Of a stretch of DNA of 64,000 nucleotides, positions 39,309 to 50,691 are shown one piece after another. Made by a program: the position numbers and the translations under genes. The DNA lies in NCBI GenBank assembly GCA_902590355.1, contig CACIWI010000001.1, forward strand, positions 1,723 through 65,722. The letters run 5' to 3'. Numbering within the stretch: the first letter of the stretch is position 1; each line of letters starts with the position of its first letter. The notes beneath the pieces were generated by a model. That model had not been told where the DNA came from. It searched no databases and saw only the letters and a list, made by a program, of their open reading frames with translations. Source of the stretch: an uncultured Prochlorococcus sp. (lineage in GTDB: Bacteria > Cyanobacteriota > Cyanobacteriia > PCC-6307 > Cyanobiaceae).

Positions 39309-39506
39309 ATGAATAATTATTTATCTAGAGAAATGATAATTTATTTATTTAATGTATTAGGTTTAGATGAATCTACTATTGAACTTGGTATAAAATTATC
39401 TATAAAAAATAACACTCCATTACCAATATTATTATGGAGTTATGGAATGCTAACTATTGAAGAACTAGATAAGTTATATTCATTTTTATTTCAAAAAATG
39501 GATTAA
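39309..39506 (+). CDS. DUF2949 family protein
   Basis: PLPILLWSYG.LTIEEL. Confidence 0.75.
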   Translation: MNNYLSREMIIYLFNVLGLDESTIELGIKLSIKNNTPLPILLWSYGMLTIEELDKLYSFLFQKMD

Positions 39507-39545
39507 TAATTCTGTTATAATTCTCCTATATTATGATCGAGAACA

Positions 39546-40070
39546 ATTACAGATTTAACTAAGGGAAATCAGGTATCAAGACAATCTGTAGAGAAGCTTG
39601 ATTTATTATTAATAATCCTAGAAACTATTGATTTAAATGGTATTCAATCCCTTTACGCTTTATCAAATAGACTTGATTTAAATGATGTTCTGCCAAATAA
39701 AATTACTATTTGGAAATTAAGGAATAATAATCCATTGAGAAAATCTTATGTTAACAACAATATTAAAGTAAACGAATTCGATGCCTTAATTAAAATCACC
39801 GTTGAAATGTCCAAATATTTATATCCTTATATAAGAGAGATACTGAAATCTAAAGAAGATATTAAAGAGAATTCAATTATTTGGAATGATTTTAATAAGA
39901 GATTTATTGAGTTGATTAAAGAGAGATTTAATGTAGAAAGTATAAGAGTGAAAAAGCTTTTAAATCAAACTGAAAATGGTGAGATTATAATAAAATCTTT
40001 GCTTATTTTAGCTTTTTGTATTTCAAATCAGGGTTATCAAAAGTTGAAGAATTTTTTATACGATTTTTAA
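39546..40070 (+). CDS. DUF3038 family protein (start uncertain)
   Basis: Frame open from 39537; conserved-looking LDLLLIILETIDLNG...PNKITIWKLRNNNPLR lies upstream of the first TTG (39735). Confidence 0.65.
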   Translation: MTDLTKGNQVSRQSVEKLDLLLIILETIDLNGIQSLYALSNRLDLNDVLPNKITIWKLRNNNPLRKSYVNNNIKVNEFDALIKITVEMSKYLYPYIREILKSKEDIKENSIIWNDFNKRFIELIKERFNVESIRVKKLLNQTENGEIIIKSLLILAFCISNQGYQKLKNFLYDF

Positions 40071-40071
40071 T

Positions 40072-40662
40072 GTGATGCAAAATAAATTGTCATTTCATCA
40101 ATCTTCAGTAAGTCTAGAAATAATCGGATTGCCAGATTATTCAAATAATGAAAATAAAGATCAAATATCTATAATTTCTCAATGGAAATTAACCATAGTT
40201 GATAAACCACTTATTGAAGGCAAAATTGAACATTTAGGGCCTATTATGGATGCTTTTTATATTTATTCAAATCTTTTAATTAAAAACGAAATTCCAATAT
40301 ATGAGTCTAAATTAATCGATATAAAAGCCGATAATCTCCACATACATAATATTGTTCTCAAGAGCTCTAAAGCAAATGTAAAGCCTTTAGTCCTAAAGAT
40401 TGATAATTCATTGCTTTCAGATACCATAAATTGTTTTGATCAGTTAAATGAATCGCCAAAAGTAAGAATAAAAAAAACAGATATATCTACTAAAATTCCA
40501 AAAAAATTAAAATTTGGATTAAATAATAAAGTTAAATTTTTCAATTTCTTTATTCCACCGTTTTTTGCAATTTGCTCTTTAATTCTATTCTCTTCTTCTT
40601 TTATTTATTTATATAGTCCTTTTGAAAATATAGAAAAAAAAGAATTAACAAGTCCTGAATAA
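40072..40662 (+). CDS. DUF4335-like protein
   Basis: LEIIGLPDYS...W.L....LEG..EHL; C-terminal TM. Confidence 0.7.
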   Translation: MMQNKLSFHQSSVSLEIIGLPDYSNNENKDQISIISQWKLTIVDKPLIEGKIEHLGPIMDAFYIYSNLLIKNEIPIYESKLIDIKADNLHIHNIVLKSSKANVKPLVLKIDNSLLSDTINCFDQLNESPKVRIKKTDISTKIPKKLKFGLNNKVKFFNFFIPPFFAICSLILFSSSFIYLYSPFENIEKKELTSPE

Positions 40663-40750
40663 AGAGTAATTAGCATCTTAAATACAAACACGATACTATA
40701 GGTTAATTTCTTTTCAGAGGTATTCAAATTTTTTCTTTGAGCTTTGATTT

Positions 40751-41119
40751 ATGGCAGATTTAAAAATCCCAAATTTGAATATTAAACCTGATAAATATAT
40801 TTTTAAAAAAAAATTAAATTTAAGAAGAAAATCTAAAAGAAGACTGTTTACTGAATCTTTCTTTTTGTTTATTTTGAGTGTTTTATTAGTTTATATAAAT
40901 TATTTAATTCCTAATAAAAATTTGCTGTTACAAAATCTACCTTCGACATTTAATAAATCTTTTATATTATTGATTGATCTCTTTTCATATCTGTATGAGA
41001 TATTTTTGGTGATTTTTATTCTTGTATCTTCTTTTACTGCTCTGATCTTAATGATAGGTTCATTTAATAGGTTATTTAAAGTCTCTAAGAGAAAGTCAAA
41101 ACAAATTGTTTATAAATAA
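40751..41119 (+). CDS. hypothetical membrane protein
   Basis: 122 aa, two TM segments. Confidence 0.65.
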   Translation: MADLKIPNLNIKPDKYIFKKKLNLRRKSKRRLFTESFFLFILSVLLVYINYLIPNKNLLLQNLPSTFNKSFILLIDLFSYLYEIFLVIFILVSSFTALILMIGSFNRLFKVSKRKSKQIVYK

Positions 41120-41121
41120 TT

Positions 41122-41283
41122 TCAAATAGGTTGCATTAAGCCACCACTTCCTGAATCAGAATCATCATCATCATTTTCTGTTTCTTCCCCAAATAATGCA
41201 AATATGCCTAATACAATTGATGAAAGAATAATTGATAAGGGTAAAATCGAAGTTTGGATTCCGACGTCTATATATTCACCCAT
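41122..41283 (-). CDS. 53-aa TM protein with acidic DDDD..GG tail
   Basis: MGEYIDVGIQTSILPLSIILSSIVLGIFALFGEETENDDDDSDSGSGGLMQPI. Confidence 0.65.
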   Translation of the reverse strand: MGEYIDVGIQTSILPLSIILSSIVLGIFALFGEETENDDDDSDSGSGGLMQPI

Positions 41284-41355
41284 ATAATAAATAAATTTTT
41301 ATAAACCTAACCGAAATCAAACTGATTCGCGGATTTTAAATAATTATTTAATAAT

Positions 41356-44300
41356 TTAATCTCTTTTAATAAGTTCTTTATCGAAATTCTTTATTTCTCT
41401 TTCAAAAGAGCCGAACCACAACATTAGTTGATCAATTTGATTTTGAATTTCAGTTGCTCCTAAGCCCCTTATAGTGATGATTGAAAATGGTTGGCCTTCA
41501 TTAAAATTAAATTTATTTTGAACACTACTTGCCAAAGAATTTTTAAATATTTTAAAAGTAGAATTTTTTAATTTTGTCTCTATCAAGATGTTTGGCTTTT
41601 TGAGCTTGATCTTATTAAAACCACATTTTTTAGCTAGTAATTTTATTCTCATTATCATAATTAAGGATTCAACAGGTTTGGGTAAGTTTCCATATCTATT
41701 AACCCAGTCTGTAGCTAATTCAGTTAATTCATCATTATTTGAACATTCAGTAACAGATTTGTAAGCTTCAAGCTTCTCTTCTCTGTTTAATATCCATGTT
41801 GCAGGTATAAATGCATTTATTGGGAGATCAATTTGAGTGTCGTTAACTTCAGGTATTTCTTGCCCGCTTATTTCTGAAATAGCCTCATGGAGCATTTCTA
41901 TATATAAATCATATCCAATAGCATTAACCTTTCCACTTTGTTCTTCTCCTAGTAAACTACCAACACCTCTTATTTCCATATCTTTCATTGCGAGTTGGTA
42001 TCCACTGCCTAGTTCTGAAAAGTCTTTTATCGCTTTCAATCTTTGTTTTGCAGCCTCATTAATTTTATTTATATTTGGATAAAATAACCAAGCATGTGCT
42101 TGAACACCGCTTCTACCTACTCTTCCTCTAAGTTGATAAAGTTGTGAAAGGCCAAATTTATGAGAATCTTCAATAATGATTGTATTTACTTTAGGGATGT
42201 CTAATCCACTTTCAATTATCGTTGTGCATATCATTAAATCTACTTCTCCATTATTAAAAGCAATCATTGCATTTTCAAGCTCTGTTTCGTTCATTTGCCC
42301 ATGAGCAACAATAAATTTTAAGCTGGGAAACATATTATTTAATTTGTTTACAGCTTGATCTATATCAGAAATTCTTGGAAGAACATAAAATATTTGACCT
42401 CCCCTATCAAGTTCTTGATTAATTGCAGTTCTTATAACATCCATATCTATTTCAGATAAATATGTTTTTATTGATCTTCTTGATGGTGGAGGAGTGTTTA
42501 GTAAGCTCATTTGTCTTAGTCCAGATAAGCTCATATAAAGAGTTCTTGGAATTGGAGTTGCCGAGAGAGTTAAAACGTCTATGTTGGTTTTGATTTTTTT
42601 TATTTTCTCCTTTTGCCTTACTCCAAATCTTTGTTCTTCATCAATAACTAATAGTCCTAAGTTTTTAACTTCTATTTCTTTTCCTAAAATTTGGTGCGTT
42701 GCTACAACTAAATCAATTTTGTTATTTTTCAAACCTGCATAGATTTCCTTTCTTTCATTAACAGTTTTGAATCTATTGAGTAGTGATACTTTTATTGGAT
42801 AAGGTGAAAATCTATTACTTATTGTCCTCCAATGTTGCTGAGCTAGGATTGTTGTAGGTGCTAGTAATATTACCTGTTTGCCTGATGTAATAGCTTTAAA
42901 AATAGCCCGAACAGCTACTTCTGTTTTGCCAAATCCTACATCTCCACAAACTAGCCTGTCCATTGGCTTTTCGCTTTCCATATCAGATTTTATTTCTTCT
43001 ACAGCAGTAATTTGGTCAGGTGTTGGTTGATAAGGGAATGATTCCTCTAATTCATCTTGCCAAGGACCATCTTCTGGGTAAATGTAACCCTTTAATTTTT
43101 CTCTCTTTGCATAAAGTTTTAAAATATCGACAGCAACTTTTTTGATTTGTTTCTTATTTTTTTCTTTTATTTTTTCCCATTCTGTCCCTCCTAATTTATT
43201 TATTTTCGGCTTTATTTTTCCGCTTGATCTATATCTGTTAACACTACCAAGTTGATCAGCGGCAACACTTATCTTTCCATCTTGATACTGAATGACTAAA
43301 TAATCTCTTGAATCTCCAGTTATATTTATTTTTTCTATTTTTAAAAATTTTCCTATTCCATGATTTTTATGAACTATAAAATCACCGGGACTAATCTTAT
43401 TTACATTTATATTTGAATTGACACTTCTTTTTTTTCGTCTTATGAATACATTATTAAAAAGAGATTGTTGTGAAAATAATTCTTTATCTGTTATGAGGAC
43501 AATTTTCCATATCGGAAGATAAAACCCCTCGATTTCGTAATTGTTCTTATTTTTTAAAATTAGAGGAGTTGAATTATTAATTGACTTATATGCTTCATCA
43601 ATATCATTAGGATTGTTTAAGAAGTTTACATTACATTCGTGCTCAAAAAGTAAAGTCCTTGTTCTCAATGGTTGTGCTGATAATATCCATACTTTTTCAT
43701 TATTTTTTATATTTTTATTTATATCATTTGATAATTTCCCTAGATTTTTAGAGTATGAATTTAATCTTTTATCGTTTAACAAAAATCTATTATCGATGTT
43801 GATTTTAGATTCAAATTCATAAAATTTTATTAAATTAAAATTTCCTAGTGATTTTAATATTTCGTCAAACTTTAAATGCAAATTAGGTTTGGCCTCTAAA
43901 TTAATGTCATTATTTTTAAGGTTCTCATTTAATTCATACGTACAATTATCAAAATTACTTTCTGAATCTAGATACCAATTATTTGCAAATTTTTTACAAT
44001 CTTCTAATTCATCAATTACAAGAATTGTTTCCCTATTTATAAAATCTATTATGTTTGAGGGTTCTTCTTCAATTATTCCTAAATAACGATCAAGATTATT
44101 TTTATTTATATCTTCTGAATTAAAAAGATTATTCTTGGATAAATTATTTAACTTATCTTTTATTAGCAAATCAAATCCAGCCTGTATTATTTCAATATTA
44201 TTTATACTTTCTAATGTTTTCTGTGTATGGGGATCATATTCTCTTATTTTCTCAATGACATTATCAAAAAATTCTAATCTTATAGGAAACTCATTATTGA

Positions 44301-44865
44301 CAGGATAAATATCTATTATTTCCCCTCTCCTACTCCAGAATCCTTCAGTTGAAGTTACATTATCCTTTGTATAGCCCAACAAAGTAAGTTTATTTGCTAA
44401 TTCTTGAATCTCGATTTGAACTCCTTTTTGCAAATCTAGCTTGTTTTCAATTAATAGGTATTTATTTATTAGATGAGGTTGTAGTGATCTCTCAGTTGTT
44501 ATAACAATATTAAGTTCATTTTTCTCTTTTTTTATTAATTTAGATAAAACAGTAAGCTGACTAAATTCAATCTCTTTGGATTTATTAATTGATGAGTATG
44601 GTAGATGTTCTGTTGGAGGATAATATAAAACTGCTTTATCATTTATGCTTTCAAAATAACCAATCCATTTGTAGGCAATTTCTACATTAGGACAAATTAA
44701 TAATATATTTTTTTCCTCTTTTTTTGCGATGCTATCTAATATTATTGATTTTGCATATCTACTTGAACCAACAATATTTAATTCATTATTTTTTGAAATT
44801 CTGTTTATTAATTCAGAAGTAATTTGTGAGTTCGAAATATAATCAACTAAAGTATTTAAACTCAT
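41356..44865 (-). CDS. mfd: transcription-repair coupling factor
   Basis: CarD-like domain, GDVGFGKT, DEEQRFG, QLRGRVGR, TRCF C-terminus. Confidence 0.98.
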   Translation of the reverse strand: MSLNTLVDYISNSQITSELINRISKNNELNIVGSSRYAKSIILDSIAKKEEKNILLICPNVEIAYKWIGYFESINDKAVLYYPPTEHLPYSSINKSKEIEFSQLTVLSKLIKKEKNELNIVITTERSLQPHLINKYLLIENKLDLQKGVQIEIQELANKLTLLGYTKDNVTSTEGFWSRRGEIIDIYPVNNEFPIRLEFFDNVIEKIREYDPHTQKTLESINNIEIIQAGFDLLIKDKLNNLSKNNLFNSEDINKNNLDRYLGIIEEEPSNIIDFINRETILVIDELEDCKKFANNWYLDSESNFDNCTYELNENLKNNDINLEAKPNLHLKFDEILKSLGNFNLIKFYEFESKINIDNRFLLNDKRLNSYSKNLGKLSNDINKNIKNNEKVWILSAQPLRTRTLLFEHECNVNFLNNPNDIDEAYKSINNSTPLILKNKNNYEIEGFYLPIWKIVLITDKELFSQQSLFNNVFIRRKKRSVNSNINVNKISPGDFIVHKNHGIGKFLKIEKINITGDSRDYLVIQYQDGKISVAADQLGSVNRYRSSGKIKPKINKLGGTEWEKIKEKNKKQIKKVAVDILKLYAKREKLKGYIYPEDGPWQDELEESFPYQPTPDQITAVEEIKSDMESEKPMDRLVCGDVGFGKTEVAVRAIFKAITSGKQVILLAPTTILAQQHWRTISNRFSPYPIKVSLLNRFKTVNERKEIYAGLKNNKIDLVVATHQILGKEIEVKNLGLLVIDEEQRFGVRQKEKIKKIKTNIDVLTLSATPIPRTLYMSLSGLRQMSLLNTPPPSRRSIKTYLSEIDMDVIRTAINQELDRGGQIFYVLPRISDIDQAVNKLNNMFPSLKFIVAHGQMNETELENAMIAFNNGEVDLMICTTIIESGLDIPKVNTIIIEDSHKFGLSQLYQLRGRVGRSGVQAHAWLFYPNINKINEAAKQRLKAIKDFSELGSGYQLAMKDMEIRGVGSLLGEEQSGKVNAIGYDLYIEMLHEAISEISGQEIPEVNDTQIDLPINAFIPATWILNREEKLEAYKSVTECSNNDELTELATDWVNRYGNLPKPVESLIMIMRIKLLAKKCGFNKIKLKKPNILIETKLKNSTFKIFKNSLASSVQNKFNFNEGQPFSIITIRGLGATEIQNQIDQLMLWFGSFEREIKNFDKELIKRD

Positions 44866-44936
44866 TTATAACTATCAATCTTGATTACAAATATCCGATA
44901 CATTATATTAGATTTTATACTGATTGTGAATAATAT

Positions 44937-45650
44937 TTGATGGATTCCGCCGCAATAAATTCTTTTATACCCACACTAGATCAGGTAGACAGTTGGTACG
45001 AAATCTTTACACTTTTACCAATATTAATTGCTCTAGAATTATTATTATCTGCAGACAATGCTGTAGCACTAGCTTCTCTTACTAAATCCCTCGATAGTTC
45101 AGAATTAAGGTCAAGAGCCTTAAATATTGGTATAACAATATCTTTATTATTTAGAATTATTCTAATCATATTATCTAATGTTCTTCTAAAGTTTATTCTT
45201 ATTAGAGTTTTTGCTGGTTTTTATTTAATTTATTTATTCTTCTCTAATGTTTTTTTAAATTCAGATATAGAAAACGCTGAAAATAGGACAGATAATAATA
45301 AAAATAATTTTAGGTTTTTAAGGGTTGTAGCGCTTCTTTCAATTACTGATTTTGCTTTTTCCATAGATAGTATCACTACTGCAGTAGCTATAAGTGATCA
45401 ATACATATTAATTATATTTGGAGCAGTGATTGGAGTATTAGCCTTAAGATTTACATCGGGGATTTTTCTAAAACTTCTGGATATATTTTCTAGATTAGAA
45501 ACAGCCGGTTACGTAGCAATTTTAATAGTTGGGATTAAACTTTTACTAAATACGTTAATTAAAGAATCTATTCTTCCAGACTATTATTTTTATTTTTTGA
45601 TTCTTTTTGCTTTCATTTGGGGATTCTCTAAAAAAGAATCTAAAACTTAA
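44937..45650 (+). CDS. TerC family membrane protein
   Basis: LELLLSADNA and DFAFSIDSI. Confidence 0.9.
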   Translation: MMDSAAINSFIPTLDQVDSWYEIFTLLPILIALELLLSADNAVALASLTKSLDSSELRSRALNIGITISLLFRIILIILSNVLLKFILIRVFAGFYLIYLFFSNVFLNSDIENAENRTDNNKNNFRFLRVVALLSITDFAFSIDSITTAVAISDQYILIIFGAVIGVLALRFTSGIFLKLLDIFSRLETAGYVAILIVGIKLLLNTLIKESILPDYYFYFLILFAFIWGFSKKESKT

Positions 45651-46633
45651 TCTGAGAGATATTCACCTACTGATGGCTTTAACTGTTGAATCAATTGCTT
45701 TTTGCTAGAAATGTTTTTGCCTTCTAGTTTTGCTTCTAACAAAATAATCGGATCAGTTTTAGTTGAAATTATAATTCCTTCATTTTCTATTACAGCAAGA
45801 ATAATACCTGGTCTTGAATAATTGCTCATGAAAAGGTATTTTTCATTTTTAATTACATCACTAGTCAAAACTTTGATTTTAAGTATTTTAAGGTTCTTAC
45901 CTCTAAAAGTAGTATTTGCTCGCGGGTGTAATGCTTTTATTTTTTGAGAAATTTTAATTGCCTCATTACCCCAATCAACTTTAAAGTCTGATTTTACAAT
46001 CATTCTTGCGTAAGTAATTTCTCTTCCAAGGGTATTTTGTTTTATTAATAGAGGATTAATATTTTTATTAATATTTTCTTCGATTATAGATGTAGCATTC
46101 AAAAATAATTTTGCCGATAAAATACTAAGTTTTTCCGATAGTGTATTTAAATTATCGTTATTATTAATTTTAATTTTTTCTTCCAACAATATGTCGCCAG
46201 TATCTAGTCCCTCATTCATTTTCATAATTCCTACACCAGTAAATTCATCGCCTCTTATTAGGGACCATTGAATTGGAGCGGCACCACGCCATTTTGGGAG
46301 TAATGAAGCATGTGCGTTCCAACAACCAAATTTTGGGATTTCCAATATCTCTTTGGGTAAAATTTTCCCGTAAGCTATAACAATAAATAAATCACAAGAA
46401 AGTGATTTAAGTTCATTTATAAAATCTATATTGCCCCTGATTTTTTCTGGAGTATAAATTTTTATAGATTCTTTCTCAGCAATGCTTTTTACAGGTGAGG
46501 CTATTAATTTATTTCCCCTAGATCTCTTCTTATCCGGTTGGCTAACTACTGCAATTACCTCGTGCTTAGATTTAATAAAAATATCAAGACTAGGAATTGA
46601 ATATTCAGGTGTTCCCCAGAATATAATTCTCAC
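45647..46633 (-). CDS. fmt: methionyl-tRNA formyltransferase
   Basis: FWGTPEY, NAHASLLPKWRGAAPIQ, LDTGD. Confidence 0.97.
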   Translation of the reverse strand: MRIIFWGTPEYSIPSLDIFIKSKHEVIAVVSQPDKKRSRGNKLIASPVKSIAEKESIKIYTPEKIRGNIDFINELKSLSCDLFIVIAYGKILPKEILEIPKFGCWNAHASLLPKWRGAAPIQWSLIRGDEFTGVGIMKMNEGLDTGDILLEEKIKINNNDNLNTLSEKLSILSAKLFLNATSIIEENINKNINPLLIKQNTLGREITYARMIVKSDFKVDWGNEAIKISQKIKALHPRANTTFRGKNLKILKIKVLTSDVIKNEKYLFMSNYSRPGIILAVIENEGIIISTKTDPIILLEAKLEGKNISSKKQLIQQLKPSVGEYLSD

Positions 46634-47982
46634 GCGTCACCAGTTATTGATAATTCATTTATCCATATATGTGGAGAAATTCCACTTGTTGTTACCTCCT
46701 GGCTTGATTCAATATTTACTATATTTTTCAAAAGATATTTGATATCCCCTGCTACGGTGGCAGATTCTATTGAGATTTTTTTTCCTTTTTTGTAGAGCCA
46801 TCCATCAAATGGAAGAGAAAATGAACCTTGACTTGCTCTGACACCTGCATGGATTGCATTTAACTCTTCTATATAAACAAATTCTCCTTCATAAGTAGAG
46901 TGATCTAGTGATGTTTTTAGATCAAAGTTTTCATCTGATTTTTCAACTACGATCCAATCAGGAGATACTGAGACTTTTGATCCTAGTCCAGCGTGGCCAG
47001 TGGGAGTCGTTTTAAATATTCTTGCAGTTGATTCAGAATGTATAAAATTTTCAATTCTCCCTCCTTTAATAAGACATAGTCTTTTGGTTGGGGTTCCCTC
47101 TCCATCAAATGGTGTTGAAGAAATATTCTTTTCGTGAAGGCCATCATCATAAATATTAAGTGCTTCTGTAGATATTTTCTCTCCGATTGAATTTTTATTA
47201 GATAAGCTCACTCCATCTATGATGCTTCTAGCATTAAACATTGAGCTAAAGGCGTTAATGATAGTTAAAAAAGACTCTGGGGAAAAACATATTAAATATT
47301 TATCAGTTTTAATAGATGAATAATTTAAATGAGAAATTGTTTTATTTGAAGCCTCTTTAATACACGACTCAATATCTATATCATCAGCTCCATATCCAAG
47401 TTTTACGGAACCTGAACTACGAGGCTTCTTATTTTTCTCTTCTGCTCTTGCATATAAATATAGTGCTGCTTGACTTTTGGAATAACTTCGAAAGGCACCC
47501 TCACTATTTGCATAAACCCTCTCAAAGAAACTCTCAGATAAACCATTATATGGAACAGATTTTATGGATTCATGACTTTCTAATAGTTTTACTTCCGCTT
47601 CTCTTAAAACTGTAAGTAATTTTTTTATTCCAACAGGATTTCTTTTTTTAACTTCCTTAACTTTAATAGGATCCTTCGCTAGTGGTGAAAATTCTGTAGA
47701 TTCATTCTTATTGCCGAAATCAGAAGCTATATTTGCTTGCTTAAGAGCCTTTTTAATACCAGATTCACTAATATCACTTGTTGTAGTAATACCAACTAGA
47801 TTAGATTGATTCCAAACTCTTATAGTTAAAATTTGTTTTTGTGATGCCTTAAGTTGTTTAGCCTCTCCTTTATCTACTTGCACAGAATAATCATTGGAGA
47901 AGCTTGCTCCATAATCCCATTTTTTAAGATTTAGGAAATCTGCAGCTTTGGAGATTTGAGTTGTGATTTCTCTTGAATTCAT
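46630..47982 (-). CDS. pmbA: PmbA/TldE family protein
   Basis: PFDGEG, GSFSLP; paired with tldD. Confidence 0.88.
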   Translation of the reverse strand: MNSREITTQISKAADFLNLKKWDYGASFSNDYSVQVDKGEAKQLKASQKQILTIRVWNQSNLVGITTTSDISESGIKKALKQANIASDFGNKNESTEFSPLAKDPIKVKEVKKRNPVGIKKLLTVLREAEVKLLESHESIKSVPYNGLSESFFERVYANSEGAFRSYSKSQAALYLYARAEEKNKKPRSSGSVKLGYGADDIDIESCIKEASNKTISHLNYSSIKTDKYLICFSPESFLTIINAFSSMFNARSIIDGVSLSNKNSIGEKISTEALNIYDDGLHEKNISSTPFDGEGTPTKRLCLIKGGRIENFIHSESTARIFKTTPTGHAGLGSKVSVSPDWIVVEKSDENFDLKTSLDHSTYEGEFVYIEELNAIHAGVRASQGSFSLPFDGWLYKKGKKISIESATVAGDIKYLLKNIVNIESSQEVTTSGISPHIWINELSITGDA

Positions 47983-47985
47983 ATC

Positions 47986-49407
47986 TTATCTTCCGCCAAC
48001 AGTTATTGAATTAACCTTAATATGAGGTTGGCCAACAGTTACGTTGACACTTCCACTAATAGATCCACAGAATCCAGGAGCCAATTCGAGATCATTCCCG
48101 CACATTGATATTTTTGGCATAACTTCTTTAGCCTCACCGATTAATGTTGCTCCCTTTACTGGACTAGTTAATTTTCCGTTTTTAATAAGATATCCTTCTT
48201 CTACCGCAAAATTAAATTGTCCTGTAGCACCTACACTGCCACCACCCATTGATTTGCAGTAAAGCCCTTCACTAATGCTATTGATTAGATCCTCTTTAGA
48301 GTGCTCACCTTTAGCTATATAAGTATTTCTCATTCTTGAAGCTGCAGCAAAAGAATAATTTTGTCTTCTTCCACTCCCTGTTCTTTTATGGCCAGTTCTT
48401 AATTCACCTGCCCTGTCGGATATGAATTTTTTTAAAATTCCATCTTTTATAAGAACTGATTTTTCGGGTTCCATACCTTCATCATCTACTGATAATGAAC
48501 CGAAGGATCCTTCTGATATCCCTTCATCTATTGCTGTTACAGATTCATGTGCAATTTTTTCATTCAATTTATTCTCAAATGGTGTTGTTCCTCTCTCTAT
48601 TTGAGTGGTTTCAAGTAAATGACCACAGGCTTCATGGAATATAACGCCACCAAATTTATTAGCTAATACAACTGGCATTTGTCCTGCATCAACGTAATCT
48701 GCATACAACATGTTCATTGAACTTTCAAACACATCATTAGCTGCTTTTTCGTGATCCCATAATCTGAATTCATTAGGCATTCCTGACGATCCAAATCTTC
48801 TACTTCCACTAGATCTATATTGGGCATCACTGGCAATTACATTGAGTCCAACTGTTTGATGCAATCTAATATCTGAGACATAGGTTCCGTCACTGGAGGC
48901 TATAATTACTTCTTGAAGATTTCTAGAGTAACTTCCCTTTCTAGTTATTATTTTATTATTTTTTTTTAAAGACTTTGTGCTGACAAGTAGTTTTTCACTT
49001 ATCTCATGAATAGATGGGACTTCATTAATCCATTTTTTCTTGGATAAACTATAGTCCCTATGTTTATTTAAACCGTTAAATACTTCTCTTTTGTTCTCTG
49101 TTATATCTAACATCTCAATAGCCTGAGATATCGATCTCATCAAGCCATGCTTTGTTAAATCATTTGTACTTACAAATCCATCCTTTTTTCCCTTGAAGAT
49201 TCTAATGCCAGCACCCCTTCCAAATGATGGACTTACACTTGTAATAAAATCTTCTTCAGCTAAAACGCTTGAGTTGTCAGTATTCTCTATAAATATTTCT
49301 ACAAAATCAGCTCCAAGTCCAATGCCGTAGAAAATAATTTCTTCTAATAAATCTTTATTGCAACTACCAAAAACGATTTCATTTGATTTGATTTGTGACG
49401 AAAGCAT
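47986..49407 (-). CDS. tldD: TldD metalloprotease
   Basis: HEACGHLLE, DDEG, RMRNT. Confidence 0.93.
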   Translation of the reverse strand: MLSSQIKSNEIVFGSCNKDLLEEIIFYGIGLGADFVEIFIENTDNSSVLAEEDFITSVSPSFGRGAGIRIFKGKKDGFVSTNDLTKHGLMRSISQAIEMLDITENKREVFNGLNKHRDYSLSKKKWINEVPSIHEISEKLLVSTKSLKKNNKIITRKGSYSRNLQEVIIASSDGTYVSDIRLHQTVGLNVIASDAQYRSSGSRRFGSSGMPNEFRLWDHEKAANDVFESSMNMLYADYVDAGQMPVVLANKFGGVIFHEACGHLLETTQIERGTTPFENKLNEKIAHESVTAIDEGISEGSFGSLSVDDEGMEPEKSVLIKDGILKKFISDRAGELRTGHKRTGSGRRQNYSFAAASRMRNTYIAKGEHSKEDLINSISEGLYCKSMGGGSVGATGQFNFAVEEGYLIKNGKLTSPVKGATLIGEAKEVMPKISMCGNDLELAPGFCGSISGSVNVTVGQPHIKVNSITVGGR

Positions 49408-49438
49408 ATGAGTCTATAAATCTTCTCTGTATTAAAGA

Positions 49439-50611
49439 TTATCTAATCGAAGGTTGGAAATCTTTGCTATCAAGAGGTTTTAATAAGTATAGTCTTAATA
49501 ACTGGTAACCGTTTGATAAATATTTAGGTAGTTTTTTAAAAGTTTTAGATACTTTATTTCCATCACTGTTTGCAATATCGAAAAGAACCTTATTATTCTC
49601 TACTATTTTATCTAGTCTTCCATAAAAAGATTTATCATAAACGTCCATTACTACAGGGAAAACTCTAGCTGCAGTTTCATTTGTTTTATTAATAACAAAC
49701 TGGTCGTAATCTCTGGCATCTAAACCTAAAGAACTGTAGAAATCTTTTTTAATCCCCAAATCCCTTGCATACATAGTTGCAAATACAGCTAATAGAAAAA
49801 ATCTAGACCATAACTTGGATGTTAATGGAAGATTATTCAAAAAATATCTAAACCTATGGAAGTAGTCAAATAATGGGTGTGTAAAAGTAGAGCCGCCAAT
49901 GGTAATTTTTTGGCTTAAAGATTTAACAGTACGTGGCTGTGCTTTCATTAATGCGTCAAAGAAATCCCCATGTCTATTTTCATCTTGACACCAATTTTCA
50001 AAGTAATTAAAGAGTGGAAAAATTTTGCTATCAGGATTCTTTTCGAGATGCCTATAAATTGCTATGTATCTCCAATAACCTATTTTTTCTGATAAATAAG
50101 TAGCGTAAAAAATACTTCTTGGAGGGAAATAAGTGTAATCTTTATTGGCTGTCAAAAAACCTAAATCTAACTGAAGTCCAAAGTCACTCATTGATTTATT
50201 TAAAAAACCTGCATGTCTTGCTTCATCTCTGGCCATATGAGCAAAACATTCAGCAAGTAGAGGGTTTTTGACTTTAATTCTCTTACTAAGTTCCTTATAC
50301 AGTAAAAAACCTGAAAATTCTGAAGTACAGCTTCCCTCGAGAAAATCAACAAAAAGCTCTCTTGTCTCAGGATCTAATTTTTCTGCAGCGCCTTCAAATT
50401 CACTATTTCTGACAAAATGATGTCTATTGTAATCTTTCCTAAATTCCTCACATATAGCTTCCAATTCCTCCTCGTTTATTGATAAATCCATATTTTCCAT
50501 GGCCTCAAAGTCTGTTGTATAGAATCTTGGGGACAAAATTGTTTCTTTTGCTGGTATCTTTCCGTTATTAATATCTTTTTTATTTTTTGATTCAACAGTT
50601 GATTGAGCCAT
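49439..50611 (-). CDS. acsF: Mg-protoporphyrin IX monomethyl ester oxidative cyclase
   Basis: [24 protein letters not shown] di-iron motifs. Confidence 0.97.
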   Translation of the reverse strand: MAQSTVESKNKKDINNGKIPAKETILSPRFYTTDFEAMENMDLSINEEELEAICEEFRKDYNRHHFVRNSEFEGAAEKLDPETRELFVDFLEGSCTSEFSGFLLYKELSKRIKVKNPLLAECFAHMARDEARHAGFLNKSMSDFGLQLDLGFLTANKDYTYFPPRSIFYATYLSEKIGYWRYIAIYRHLEKNPDSKIFPLFNYFENWCQDENRHGDFFDALMKAQPRTVKSLSQKITIGGSTFTHPLFDYFHRFRYFLNNLPLTSKLWSRFFLLAVFATMYARDLGIKKDFYSSLGLDARDYDQFVINKTNETAARVFPVVMDVYDKSFYGRLDKIVENNKVLFDIANSDGNKVSKTFKKLPKYLSNGYQLLRLYLLKPLDSKDFQPSIR

Positions 50612-50691
50612 TTTTTATTCGGTTTATTAATACTATTATTTACTATTATTTGTATTTTCGAGGGAAAAGTTAACTTGGTGTTATTGTTTTT

